This document shows, piece by piece, positions 19,722-28,652 of a stretch of DNA of 55,478 nucleotides (its first letter is position 1; every line of letters begins with the position of its first letter). The DNA lies in contig JAJYMI010000007.1 in the NCBI GenBank assembly GCA_021787125.1, positions 1 to 55,478 on the forward strand, given 5' to 3'. A program made the translations under genes and the position numbers. This DNA comes from Thermoplasmata archaeon (GTDB lineage Archaea; Thermoplasmatota; Thermoplasmata; Thermoplasmatales; GCA-001856825). Under the pieces are notes generated by a model. It was given only the letters and a program-made list of their open reading frames with translations, ran no database searches and was not told where the DNA came from.

Positions 19722-20291
19722 CTACTGTTTCAGTTTCCCCGTCACCTTTGCGAAGCCTTCAGATACCATTTCCTGCATATCCCCCACTCCATATACGCTG
19801 AGAAAACACTTCATTGCCTCCGCCGTGACCTTTGCTGCGCCTATACTATAACCGGTCCCAATCAGGAGGAATTCCACATCATCCCCTTCATTCTTTAGCT
19901 CCATCTTGCCCAGTGGTGTGAAATTGGAGAACTCCTTTATCTCCTCTGGCAGTTTTCTTACGTCTGGTTCTATTGTCTTAATAAATTCGGCTGCCACTCT
20001 TGCGCTCTCGCACCACATCTCCATCACCTTGTCCTTAGATTTCTCTAGGGCGAGGTTCAGTGTTGGATCGAGTAATATATTTGGAATAGGAACAGCATTA
20101 ATGGCCTTGACAACCTCGAAGTAGTTGAGCAACCTCATCAACCTGCTCCTTGACAGCCCCATCTCCTTCAGGTGAAGATACAGATCCACAGATTCTGTGA
20201 TTATAGAACTTATGGTCTTCCCGTCTGCATCCGCCGAGTCCTGAATCTTCTTCGCCATCTCGTTTGTTAGCGAAACGTTGAGTCTTGCCAT
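19722..20291 (-). CDS. Ribbon-helix-helix regulator with C-terminal V4R-like domain
   Basis: N-terminal RLNVSL...GKTISSIITESV (CopG/RHH pattern); divergent from the DUF981-like gene. Confidence 0.65.
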   Translation of the reverse strand: MARLNVSLTNEMAKKIQDSADADGKTISSIITESVDLYLHLKEMGLSRSRLMRLLNYFEVVKAINAVPIPNILLDPTLNLALEKSKDKVMEMWCESARVAAEFIKTIEPDVRKLPEEIKEFSNFTPLGKMELKNEGDDVEFLLIGTGYSIGAAKVTAEAMKCFLSVYGVGDMQEMVSEGFAKVTGKLKQ

Positions 20292-20310
20292 CTTGCTGTG
20301 TCAATACTGG

Positions 20311-20347
20311 TGAGTATAAATGTGTTCACCTGAGTAAAGTTGTGCTC
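20311..20347. promoter_or_regulatory. Tandem imperfect operator repeats in a divergent promoter
   Basis: TGAGTATAAATGTGTTC (20311) and TGAGTAAAGTTGTGCTC (20331), 20 bp apart. Confidence 0.45.
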
Positions 20348-20403
20348 TGGAGTGTGTGATGAGTGAAATACCCTGCGGAAATTTTGGATTGGTGACCTAA
20401 AAT

Positions 20404-21000
20404 ATGGCATGGCTATTTACAGACCCACTGGCAGCAAACCTATTCGTAGTCGGAATAATGTTTGCCTCTTTTGGATCTTACGCAATCTATAGGTTCCTCT
20501 TTAACAGGAACAAACCCGAAATAAACATGGGCTTCGCCTACCTTCTGATAGCGACAGGAGTATACTCACTCTTCTACGGAATACTCTATAGTATCGTAGT
20601 GCCGACACCCTTCACTGTAGCAGACGGAGAACTCTTCGGAGACCCAATGATAATCCTTGGTGTTGCATCTATATTGATCGGAGTCTTGATGAACAAGAAA
20701 GTCTCCCTCGCATTCGCTGGAATATTCACATTCTTTGGGGGAGTGCTCGGAGTCGTTTACGCAATAGAGGGATACAAGCTTGGAATGTCCTCACCTCTAT
20801 ACTTACTTCTCCTATACCTTGGAGCTGGAATCGGAGGAATGCTAACCGCACCACTGGTTGTCCTACCAAACAAGAAGGCCGTTCAGATACTAGCTGTACT
20901 CGTCGCGATTGCTTTCCTTGGTGTTGCAATTCTCTCGTTCTTCATAGGAACGACTGCGATAGGCGGGCATCTAGTAGACTTCGCAAAGACGAGGGCCTAA
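20404..21000 (+). CDS. DUF981-like membrane protein
   Basis: About 6 TM segments; LFTDPL, ELFGDP, C-terminal GH. Confidence 0.7.
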   Translation: MAWLFTDPLAANLFVVGIMFASFGSYAIYRFLFNRNKPEINMGFAYLLIATGVYSLFYGILYSIVVPTPFTVADGELFGDPMIILGVASILIGVLMNKKVSLAFAGIFTFFGGVLGVVYAIEGYKLGMSSPLYLLLLYLGAGIGGMLTAPLVVLPNKKAVQILAVLVAIAFLGVAILSFFIGTTAIGGHLVDFAKTRA

Positions 21001-21018
21001 ACTTTTTATTGTTTTATT

Positions 21019-21201
21019 ATGCAAACGCTGCTGGTCTCCTGTCCAAAATGCGAGTCCAAAGACTTCACAGTCATGGAGCCAGCAGCCATCACTTATAAAT
21101 GCTTCATTAAGGTTCCCTTCGTCTGCAACAAGTGCGGTTACAGGGGAAATATCAAAGTCATAAAGGACGAGAAAAAAGAAATAGAGATTCTCGTTGAATA
21201 A
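21019..21201 (+). CDS. Small Zn-ribbon protein
   Basis: CPKC ... CNKCG in 60 aa. Confidence 0.7.
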   Translation: MQTLLVSCPKCESKDFTVMEPAAITYKCFIKVPFVCNKCGYRGNIKVIKDEKKEIEILVE

Positions 21202-21292
21202 GCGAATCACACATTCAATGAACTACAGACGTTCTTGATAAATACAACTATTTAATCGAAAGATTTATTTTTAGATAGATTTAATCATAGAT

Positions 21293-22690
21293 GTGTTGCT
21301 TAAGAAAGTGAAAGTAATTCTTATTCTGATAGCATTATCACTTTCTTCAGTGACCGTAGCGGGGACTCTTGTCAAAGATATTTCTATATCCGGGGCTGTA
21401 CAACAAAACACTCTCCCCCTTGATCCTCTGAATGGGAGTTTCGAATTCCTTTCAGGATTTACTCAGAGTATTAACTATACAGATTACGGTTGGTCTCTGT
21501 TGAGGGGGGAGCCTACTCCCTTGATTTCCAGTTTCCCAAATTATTTTGGAGAGCCTTCAATTGCACTGGCGAATGGAACCACGCTATTTTCAGATAAGAG
21601 CGTTGTCAAGGGAGACAAAGCCGTATCATTCCAATTTGTAATAAACGCAAATGATGGAAATGGGTCATTCGCTATCTCGAACAGCACTGGGGCTAGTATT
21701 GCAGCGGTGTCTGTAGACGGCACAAACGTATCCATCAGCTCTTGCAATGGAAGTTCTTCATTTTCCGGTGAGATATCTCCAACTTCAGACATCAGCAACG
21801 GCTGGGTGCTCGTATCCGGGAATCTGTTCAATTATACGGAAGGAAATACTAGCGGCTGGAGACTTCTGTTATTTCTAGACAATACGTCATCGGTCTTTGC
21901 GAACATCAGTGCTCCGCTGGGATATTCCTACGGAGGCGTAGAGATATCATCATCTAGTGGTGACGTCTACTTCACGGACATTATTTTCACTAGCTACAGA
22001 ATGGCACTATTCATTCCTGGCTATAACAACATGGAAGGCTATGGCCAGGGTTCTGGCGCTCTTGTCAGTCTGCTACAACCATTCACTATACTTCACTCAA
22101 ACTTCATGCTCTATAACTGGTCCGTTGCGAGATACTCGACCTTGAGCTTCCAGATAAATGTCATGAATTTGACCGGTGCTGAAAGCCCAACCTCTAACGG
22201 CTTCTTCCAGCTTGGGGTCGATCTCGATCCCAATGGTAAGATTGCTCCCTGGTATGTTACTGGAAAGAGTGCTATAGCAATATACTTCAATAATCACCCT
22301 AGCCCTGACTATATGCCTGGATTCGACACCCCAAATGGCACTTTGCTTGGCCTGACAATTCAGTACATTCCTCTGGAGGAGAAGATCATATTTCAGATAG
22401 TGGACTATAGCGTCAATAACCAATTCAGATTCTGGAATACTAGTATCCAGTACAACGGACCGGAATTCTGTGCAGCTTACACGCAGATTGAGACGTCTTC
22501 CATGAATGGAAGTCAGCTAAACAATTACCGCTTCAATGGGACGATGTACAACATTTCCTATGGTTCTGACATGTCTAGCATGACCCTGCTGAACAGCAGC
22601 TATATGCTGCCATTTTCAATTGACGCTCCCCTCAACTGGAGCCTAACGTACTACAGCGACGTCACAGCGGGATACAGGCAAATGGACTGA
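21293..22690 (+). CDS. Secreted/surface beta-rich hypothetical protein
   Basis: Signal-peptide-like N-terminus; S/N/G/T rich with many N-x-S/T sequons. Confidence 0.7.
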   Translation: MLLKKVKVILILIALSLSSVTVAGTLVKDISISGAVQQNTLPLDPLNGSFEFLSGFTQSINYTDYGWSLLRGEPTPLISSFPNYFGEPSIALANGTTLFSDKSVVKGDKAVSFQFVINANDGNGSFAISNSTGASIAAVSVDGTNVSISSCNGSSSFSGEISPTSDISNGWVLVSGNLFNYTEGNTSGWRLLLFLDNTSSVFANISAPLGYSYGGVEISSSSGDVYFTDIIFTSYRMALFIPGYNNMEGYGQGSGALVSLLQPFTILHSNFMLYNWSVARYSTLSFQINVMNLTGAESPTSNGFFQLGVDLDPNGKIAPWYVTGKSAIAIYFNNHPSPDYMPGFDTPNGTLLGLTIQYIPLEEKIIFQIVDYSVNNQFRFWNTSIQYNGPEFCAAYTQIETSSMNGSQLNNYRFNGTMYNISYGSDMSSMTLLNSSYMLPFSIDAPLNWSLTYYSDVTAGYRQMD

Positions 22691-22720
22691 AGGAGTAAGG
22701 TAAATTGTCCAAGTATCAAG

Positions 22721-23362
22721 TCAACTCGAGAGGCTCGTCTGATTAGAGCGGTTCAGTTCGTCTTTAAGGGTACCAATTATTTCATTTAGGTTCACAACTT
22801 CATATCTCACTCTCTTTTCAGCTATCGCGTCCCTGACTCTCCTTTCCCTCTTTATGAGACCGGAGCTCTCTCCACTCTTGATCTCCAGGAAGATAACTTC
22901 CATGTCCTCACTTTCGTCGCTTAGCCCTCTGAAGGCTATAAAATCGACAGGTGTCCCAAGGTGTCTGAAGTCCTTTAGGTTGACACCATATCTCTGAGAA
23001 AGAAGGACTGGTGAGAACTCTTCACCTATCTTCCCGAGGAGAGTGTTAATGGATTTCTGGATCGCATCCTTTCTAATAGTCTCCTCTTCCTTTTTCTTCC
23101 AAGAAGCTAACTGTACCTCATAGTCCCTTTTTACCGTATCAGTGATCTGATTCCTGATTATGTCCACACTTGACTGGGCCCATTGATCGAACAGCTTCCT
23201 TCCCAACTCTTGAGCCTGTCTCTCTCCCTTAGTCCTTTCCTGCTCTATTAAGATCTTCAACCTCGCAAATCTTCTTTCTGCTATGAAGATTATAATCACT
23301 ATTGTGAGCACAAAAATGAGAACGATAGAGGCGATCAGTGGGATTGAGATTGTCATAGTCAC
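22721..23362 (-). CDS. Membrane-anchored Holliday-junction-resolvase-like PD-(D/E)xK nuclease
   Basis: TM plus coiled coil plus GKIGEEFSP, LGTPVDFIAF, FLEIKSG. Confidence 0.85.
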   Translation of the reverse strand: MTMTISIPLIASIVLIFVLTIVIIIFIAERRFARLKILIEQERTKGERQAQELGRKLFDQWAQSSVDIIRNQITDTVKRDYEVQLASWKKKEEETIRKDAIQKSINTLLGKIGEEFSPVLLSQRYGVNLKDFRHLGTPVDFIAFRGLSDESEDMEVIFLEIKSGESSGLIKRERRVRDAIAEKRVRYEVVNLNEIIGTLKDELNRSNQTSLSS

Positions 23363-23413
23363 AGATACTACTCGGATCTAAAAATCTTTAACCTTTCCCT
23401 ACCTATTTGGAGC

Positions 23414-23980
23414 ATGGCCGAGTTGAGTCGGTTCGAGAAGTTCTTCGTCAACAGGAGAGGTGAGTCTTCTTTCATGAAGCTCACCGGTGATCTTGAATCC
23501 TCAGGAGTCCTGAGAATCGATGATAAGTCCAGAGTGCTTGAGTTGGGAGGAGGAAATGGGGCCTTTTCTTCTCTAATTTACAACAAGTTTCGCCCCGCGT
23601 CTTTCACCCTGACTGATTACGATCCTGATCAGATCTCACTGGCCAAGGAAACTCTGGAGAAAAAATTCGGGACTTTGCCAAGCACATTTATTCTTCAACA
23701 GGCAGATGCAAGACACCTCGTCTTTGAGAACAACAGCTTCGACATGGTTTTAGCCCACTTGATCCTGCATCACCTAGGAGGATTGGAAGACATATTCGAG
23801 GGACTGAAAGAGGTATCTAGAGTTCTAGTTCCAGGAGGAGCATTCATCTACGCCGAATTTGCTCACAAGAAGGAGATAAGGGCAAAGCTTACTGAAATGG
23901 GTTTCGTTATATCCTTCAGAAAAGGATTTCATAGGGAGACGGTCGTTGCGATAAAGCAGAACACCACAGGACAAAGCTAA
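23414..23980 (+). CDS. Class I SAM-dependent methyltransferase
   Basis: VLELGGGNG, ADARHL.FENNSFD, RVLVPGG. Confidence 0.9.
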   Translation: MAELSRFEKFFVNRRGESSFMKLTGDLESSGVLRIDDKSRVLELGGGNGAFSSLIYNKFRPASFTLTDYDPDQISLAKETLEKKFGTLPSTFILQQADARHLVFENNSFDMVLAHLILHHLGGLEDIFEGLKEVSRVLVPGGAFIYAEFAHKKEIRAKLTEMGFVISFRKGFHRETVVAIKQNTTGQS

Positions 23981-24032
23981 CGCAGTTGACACGGCCTTCA
24001 ATTTTACCCAGAAGGTGCCTTTCGGCAACATT

Positions 24033-24437
24033 CTATGATGGGGCGTACGTCATTACGGGAGATATATCCATGTATATCCTATAGTCTTCGACTGAGCTCC
24101 CTCTGTATTTTAGAACACTCACCACGGGAAGAGAGATCACCTTTCCGTCCTTCATTGTGTAATTTGCTATTGCCTCCACTGCATATCCTACCCCCTTCAC
24201 ATATATTCCTTTTAAATCGTGCCTGAGTCCATTTATCTTAGAGAAGAGATAGTTCAGTCCGGAGATCACAGCCTCCCGTCCAGTCCATAGATCGTTGTTG
24301 GAGAACCTGAACTTAACGTCTGTCGTCAAGAGTTCAGAAAAAGCGACGGCATCCATCTTGTCTGCAACCTTGAAAACATCTTCTACGTTCTTGGTCATGT
24401 TTCCCAAATCAAATACGAGATTAAATTGGTTGCTCAC
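24033..24437 (-). CDS. SnoaL/NTF2-like protein
   Basis: DVKFRFSN...GREAV, YRIYMD. Confidence 0.8.
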   Translation of the reverse strand: MSNQFNLVFDLGNMTKNVEDVFKVADKMDAVAFSELLTTDVKFRFSNNDLWTGREAVISGLNYLFSKINGLRHDLKGIYVKGVGYAVEAIANYTMKDGKVISLPVVSVLKYRGSSVEDYRIYMDISPVMTYAPS

Positions 24438-24495
24438 TCTACAGAAAATCCTACGGTGAGCTATTCATTCCTCAAGAATTCCTCAGAGCAAGGTT

Positions 24496-24858
24496 TCACT
24501 TTGATGCAATGACATCGATCTCAACGAGTGTATCACCACTCGGGAATCCAGTCACTACTGTAGTTCTGGCTGGTGGATTTACAACAAAATACTTTGAATA
24601 GAGTTCGTTCATTCTTTTGAAATCCTCCTTCTTTGAGAGATAGACGGACGTCTTCACAACGTTTTCCAGAGCAAATCCTCCGGACTCCAGAATCCTCCTG
24701 ATCTTTGACATTGCATTCTCAAATTGCTCGTCCAGATCTGTAGTCTTGTTGGAAACAGTTCCAACCTGTCCGGAAAGATATATTAGGTTTCCCGTAACCA
24801 CTGCGTGTGAATATGGTCCGGCCTTGGGGATGTCCGGAACCGTTATTGTCTTGACCAT
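24496..24858 (-). CDS. RidA/YjgF family deaminase
   Basis: AGPYSHAV, LSGQV, MNELY..YF, PPARTTV, VEID. Confidence 0.93.
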   Translation of the reverse strand: MVKTITVPDIPKAGPYSHAVVTGNLIYLSGQVGTVSNKTTDLDEQFENAMSKIRRILESGGFALENVVKTSVYLSKKEDFKRMNELYSKYFVVNPPARTTVVTGFPSGDTLVEIDVIASK

Positions 24859-25091
24859 GAATTGAAATGAAGACCGGGAATTTAAAGCGTTGGCAAATCG
24901 TCCTCTTGTTCCTTACCCGAGCTCTTCAAAGAGAGAGACGGGGGGAAGCCATCTTTCTGACAGGATCAGAGGAATAAGACCTACCGAAGCTGCAAGTCGA
25001 GAATTACCACATAAGTGAGGAATGATCCATTTTTAAGAGAACAAGTCTTTTACAAGGTGTTCAAATTGCCCGAATCTTTGATTGCACCGCA

Positions 25092-25164
25092 TGGGGCTGC
25101 CCGGATTTGGACCGGGGTCACAGACTCCCAAAGCCCGTAGGATACCAAGCTACCCCACAGCCCC
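25092..25164 (-). tRNA. tRNA-Pro(TGG)
   Basis: GGGGCTG/CAGCCCC-A acceptor stem; anticodon loop TTTGGGA; T-arm CCCGG-TCCAAAT-CCGGG. Confidence 0.93.
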
Positions 25165-25202
25165 TTCCGACCTCATTTTCATTCGGCATAAATCCCTTTT
25201 CC

Positions 25203-25772
25203 CTACAATTCTCGATCCAGTTCGCGGTTCAAGATTCTGGAGATGGAGCGTACAATCTCTTTCGGTTCCTTATCTGCATCTACCTCTATGCCGGTTCTAA
25301 ACTCTGTGGACTTCTTATACACCCTCCTGGTCTTCTCTTCGCCCAACACTGCGTGCCTGGAGGAATCTCTTCTTATGCACTCTTCAAGCGGTACCGTGAG
25401 AGTAAGGACTATGCCTCTGAATTTGTTCAGGCGATTCATTAGGTCAACGATCACGTCTTTGAAGTAGAAATTGCCATCATAGATGACCAACTTACCAGAG
25501 TCCAGATGTTTGATTGCTTCCTTCGCAACAATCTCATTCACCCTCAGGAAACTCCTCTTTGCAATATAGCCGTCCTCCCATTCCTCCAGCCCGAACCTGT
25601 CGAGAACTTCGTCAACTGATATGTAAACCGCATCGTATAATCTTGAAAGTTCCTTTGAGATCGTTGTCTTCCCGGAACCCAACGGTCCTCTTATGACCAC
25701 AAAGAATGCTTGCAACTCCCCATCAGCCTCTTCATTTGGCCGCCGTTCAGGAGCCATATTCCGTTCAGCCAT
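25203..25772 (-). CDS. P-loop kinase (AAA_33-like)
   Basis: GPLGSGKTT, VIYDGNF, ECIRRDSSR. Confidence 0.8.
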   Translation of the reverse strand: MAERNMAPERRPNEEADGELQAFFVVIRGPLGSGKTTISKELSRLYDAVYISVDEVLDRFGLEEWEDGYIAKRSFLRVNEIVAKEAIKHLDSGKLVIYDGNFYFKDVIVDLMNRLNKFRGIVLTLTVPLEECIRRDSSRHAVLGEEKTRRVYKKSTEFRTGIEVDADKEPKEIVRSISRILNRELDREL

Positions 25773-25805
25773 TAAAATTATCTACTAATTTTCTCTTCTA
25801 CGATC

Positions 25806-26240
25806 ATGAACTGTGAGCTGTGTGGAAAGGTGATGGACCGTTACCACGAAGTTATCATTGATGGAGTTAACATGAAGGTCTGTCACGACTGCGCCAAGTA
25901 CGGAAAGGAAATTAATAGGAAACCCGCTGCAGTGCAGAGAGAACCCGCCCCACAGAGTGTCCAGAGAAACAACTTCATCCACGTACCACCACCCCCTCTG
26001 GTCAGGAAGAAAAGTTCGATTGGTGCAGAAGACTCGGACGAACCAATCCTAGATTTCGGAAAAGCGATCAAGAAGAGAAGAGAGGAGATGGGACTCTCTC
26101 AAGAAGAGCTTGCAAACAAGCTCCAGGAGAAGAAAAACCTGATCGCAAAAATAGAGAGGGAAGAAATGAAACCAGACAAACAGACGGCGAGAAAGATAGA
26201 AAAATTGATGGGCGTGAGAATTCTGGAAAAAGTGCAGTGA
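25806..26240 (+). CDS. mbf1: Archaeal multiprotein bridging factor 1
   Basis: N-terminal CELCG..CHDC Zn ribbon plus C-terminal Cro-type HTH. Confidence 0.92.
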   Translation: MNCELCGKVMDRYHEVIIDGVNMKVCHDCAKYGKEINRKPAAVQREPAPQSVQRNNFIHVPPPPLVRKKSSIGAEDSDEPILDFGKAIKKRREEMGLSQEELANKLQEKKNLIAKIEREEMKPDKQTARKIEKLMGVRILEKVQ

Positions 26241-26258
26241 ACTGAATACCGTCCGCAG

Positions 26259-27731
26259 CTAATTCTTCCCTAGAGTCTCTTCCGGTGGAAGTGTCTTCAT
26301 TGGAGGAAACAGAATGACCTCTTTTATTGATGTTTGATTGGTGAATATCATAGCAGGCCTATCGATGGATATCCCAATTCCGGCCGTAGGAGGCATGCCG
26401 TACTCTATTGCATCGATGAAATCTTCGTCGAAAGGCGGCGCATCTTCGTCACCCTTCTTTCTCTCTGCCTCTTGATTCTCAAACATCTTTCTCTGATACA
26501 CCGGGTCCGTCAGTTCCGAATACGAATTGGCAACTTCCATCCTTCCGACGTAGAGTTCGAACCTCTCTGCTAGCTTCGGGTTCCCCCTCTTGATCTTTGT
26601 GAGCGGGCACATGAATGTTGGAAAGTCCATCACAAAGGTGGGCTGAAAAGTCTTGCTCTTCAGGTATTTATCATACAACGAATCGGCAACGTGGTAACGA
26701 TCCGGGTGCTTCAGTCCAAGTTTCTCAGAGTCGTTTATGGAGACCGCATCATCATCCGAAATAGAAGAAACGTCAAAGCCTGTTATCTTCTTCAACTCTT
26801 CCACCCAGTACATTCTTGCGAATGGTGGAGTGAAGTCTATGGTCTCACCCTGATATTCTACCTTCAGGCTGCCGAATGTCTTGAGTGCAAATGAGCTCAG
26901 CATCTCTTCCATCATTTTCATGAATGTTTCGTAGTCGCTGAATGCCTCGTAGTATTCTATCTGAGTGAATTCGGGATTGTGAATCGTGTCAGCGTCCTCG
27001 TTCCTGAAATCCTTGGAGACCTCATAGACTCGCTCTGCTCCCCCGACGATCAACCTCTTCAGATATAGCTCGTCGGATATTCTCAGGAACATCTGCTTGT
27101 CATCCAGAGTGTGGTAAGTCGTTTTGAATGGCTTTGCGTTAGCGCCACCGTAAAGGTCCTGAAGTATGGGCGTCTCAACTTCTATCCCTCCCCTAGAATC
27201 CAGAGTGTTCCTGACGTGAGTCATGAATTTCGCCCTGGTCTCGAATGTCTTGAGAACTTCCTGATTCATCATCAGGTCCAGGTGCCTTGATCTGTACCTT
27301 GCCTCTGTGTCGGTCAGTCCTTGCCATTTGTTTGGCAGGGTCCTGAGCGTCTTTGAGAGCATCGTCAACTCCCTCGCTCCTACACTGATCTCTCCTCTCT
27401 TGCTCTTCATGACCACCCCTCTGATCCCTAGGGTGTCTCCTATGGAGGAGTTCGTCAGTACGAGCAGCGATTTCTGGTCGAGCTCATTGTTCCTGATTAG
27501 CCCCTGTATTCTTCCGGTCCTGTCTTGAATATCGATGAAAGTGATTCCACCCATCTGTCTCATCTGCATTGCTCTACCTGCAATGCTGACCTCTCTTCCC
27601 TCCAGTTCCGAAAAACCATCCCTTATCGCCCTTGCGTGGTGGGACACGCTGTAAGTATACGGATATGGTTCTATCCCGGCCCTTCTGAGGACATTTATGC
27701 TCTCCAACTTTGCATCATCAATTGATGTCAA
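26259..27731 (-). CDS. lysS: Lysyl-tRNA synthetase, class II
   Basis: OB-fold N-terminus; motif 2 FRNE..HNPEFTQIEYY; motif 3 YGMPPTAGIGISIDR. Confidence 0.96.
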   Translation of the reverse strand: MTSIDDAKLESINVLRRAGIEPYPYTYSVSHHARAIRDGFSELEGREVSIAGRAMQMRQMGGITFIDIQDRTGRIQGLIRNNELDQKSLLVLTNSSIGDTLGIRGVVMKSKRGEISVGARELTMLSKTLRTLPNKWQGLTDTEARYRSRHLDLMMNQEVLKTFETRAKFMTHVRNTLDSRGGIEVETPILQDLYGGANAKPFKTTYHTLDDKQMFLRISDELYLKRLIVGGAERVYEVSKDFRNEDADTIHNPEFTQIEYYEAFSDYETFMKMMEEMLSSFALKTFGSLKVEYQGETIDFTPPFARMYWVEELKKITGFDVSSISDDDAVSINDSEKLGLKHPDRYHVADSLYDKYLKSKTFQPTFVMDFPTFMCPLTKIKRGNPKLAERFELYVGRMEVANSYSELTDPVYQRKMFENQEAERKKGDEDAPPFDEDFIDAIEYGMPPTAGIGISIDRPAMIFTNQTSIKEVILFPPMKTLPPEETLGKN

Positions 27732-27823
27732 GCTGTGATCTCTCCTTCAAATCAGGTAAGTAGATGTATCTCCGTCTCTGAATCTCTAGACTCGAGCCGC
27801 GACTATCTGATCGTTCCCACACA

Positions 27824-28414
27824 TCACTTGAGCAGCCTGGCCCTTATAAGGGCCCTCAAAGGAACACCGTCAATTTCATCCTTTGTGGTCTTGTTTGTAA
27901 GAACAACTACAAGAATTGGGTTTCCCTTCTCTTTCTTCACTGCACTTACGGCCTTTGAAATGGTATCACCGGTGCTCACTACGTCATCAACTATTACGAC
28001 GTTCTTGCCAGCGATGCTTGCATAGTTACTGGAAAAAGTTCCCTCTCCCTTCGTTGTTATGGACCTGTATATCCCGAGCTCGGTCCCAAGAATGTCGGAG
28101 ATAAATGTGGCGTATGGTATTCCGTTAATCGTTATACCCACTATTGTGTCAATATCCTTTTCCAGCCTCTGTGTCTCCTCCTCGATGATGTCAGCCATTA
28201 TTTCTGCGACGTTGTAGATTCGATTAGAATATACTCCTATACTTCTCCATCCTATCTTGACATCCCCTGGAGCCTTCTCTATCTTGGATTCGCCGCTGAG
28301 CAACCATATTATCGTGTTAAGGGAAAGGTGCATCTCCGTTGCAATGTCCTTGTCGTTCATCCCTTTCTGCTTTAGCTGTTTTGCAGTTTCCGCGAGTTCA
28401 TCTATACTCTTCAT
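27824..28414 (-). CDS. gfcR: GfcR-like transcriptional regulator (HTH plus PyrE-like PRTase)
   Basis: N-terminal HTH (IATEMHLS.NTIIWLL), DVKIGWRSIG, VVIVDDVVSTG. Confidence 0.85.
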   Translation of the reverse strand: MKSIDELAETAKQLKQKGMNDKDIATEMHLSLNTIIWLLSGESKIEKAPGDVKIGWRSIGVYSNRIYNVAEIMADIIEEETQRLEKDIDTIVGITINGIPYATFISDILGTELGIYRSITTKGEGTFSSNYASIAGKNVVIVDDVVSTGDTISKAVSAVKKEKGNPILVVVLTNKTTKDEIDGVPLRALIRARLLK

Positions 28415-28423
28415 TTTTTATCA

Positions 28424-28485
28424 CCATTCAGCACTCATAGGGGTCATCACAGCCTTAGCTCAGCTGACCCTCTTCTCATCACGAT
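28424..28485 (-). ncRNA. Box C/D methylation guide sRNA
   Basis: Minus strand: C box GTGATGA (28482-28476), 12-nt guide GAAGAGGGTCAG, D' CTGA, C' GTGATGA (28450-28444), 12-nt guide CCCCTATGAGTG, D CTGA (28431-28428); TTTATATT box about 20-28 nt upstream. Confidence 0.9.
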
Positions 28486-28652
28486 TTCTAATATGCAATA
28501 GCAATATAAACTCTTTTTTAAGAACTGAGGGCGAGGAGACGGTATTGATCACCCTTCCAAAATCTTGAGTTCTTGAGGAATTATAGAGCAATTCACCAAG
28601 TGGGTGGGCCGAAAAACACACAGGTAAAATATCAGCGCATGATACTCACTAC

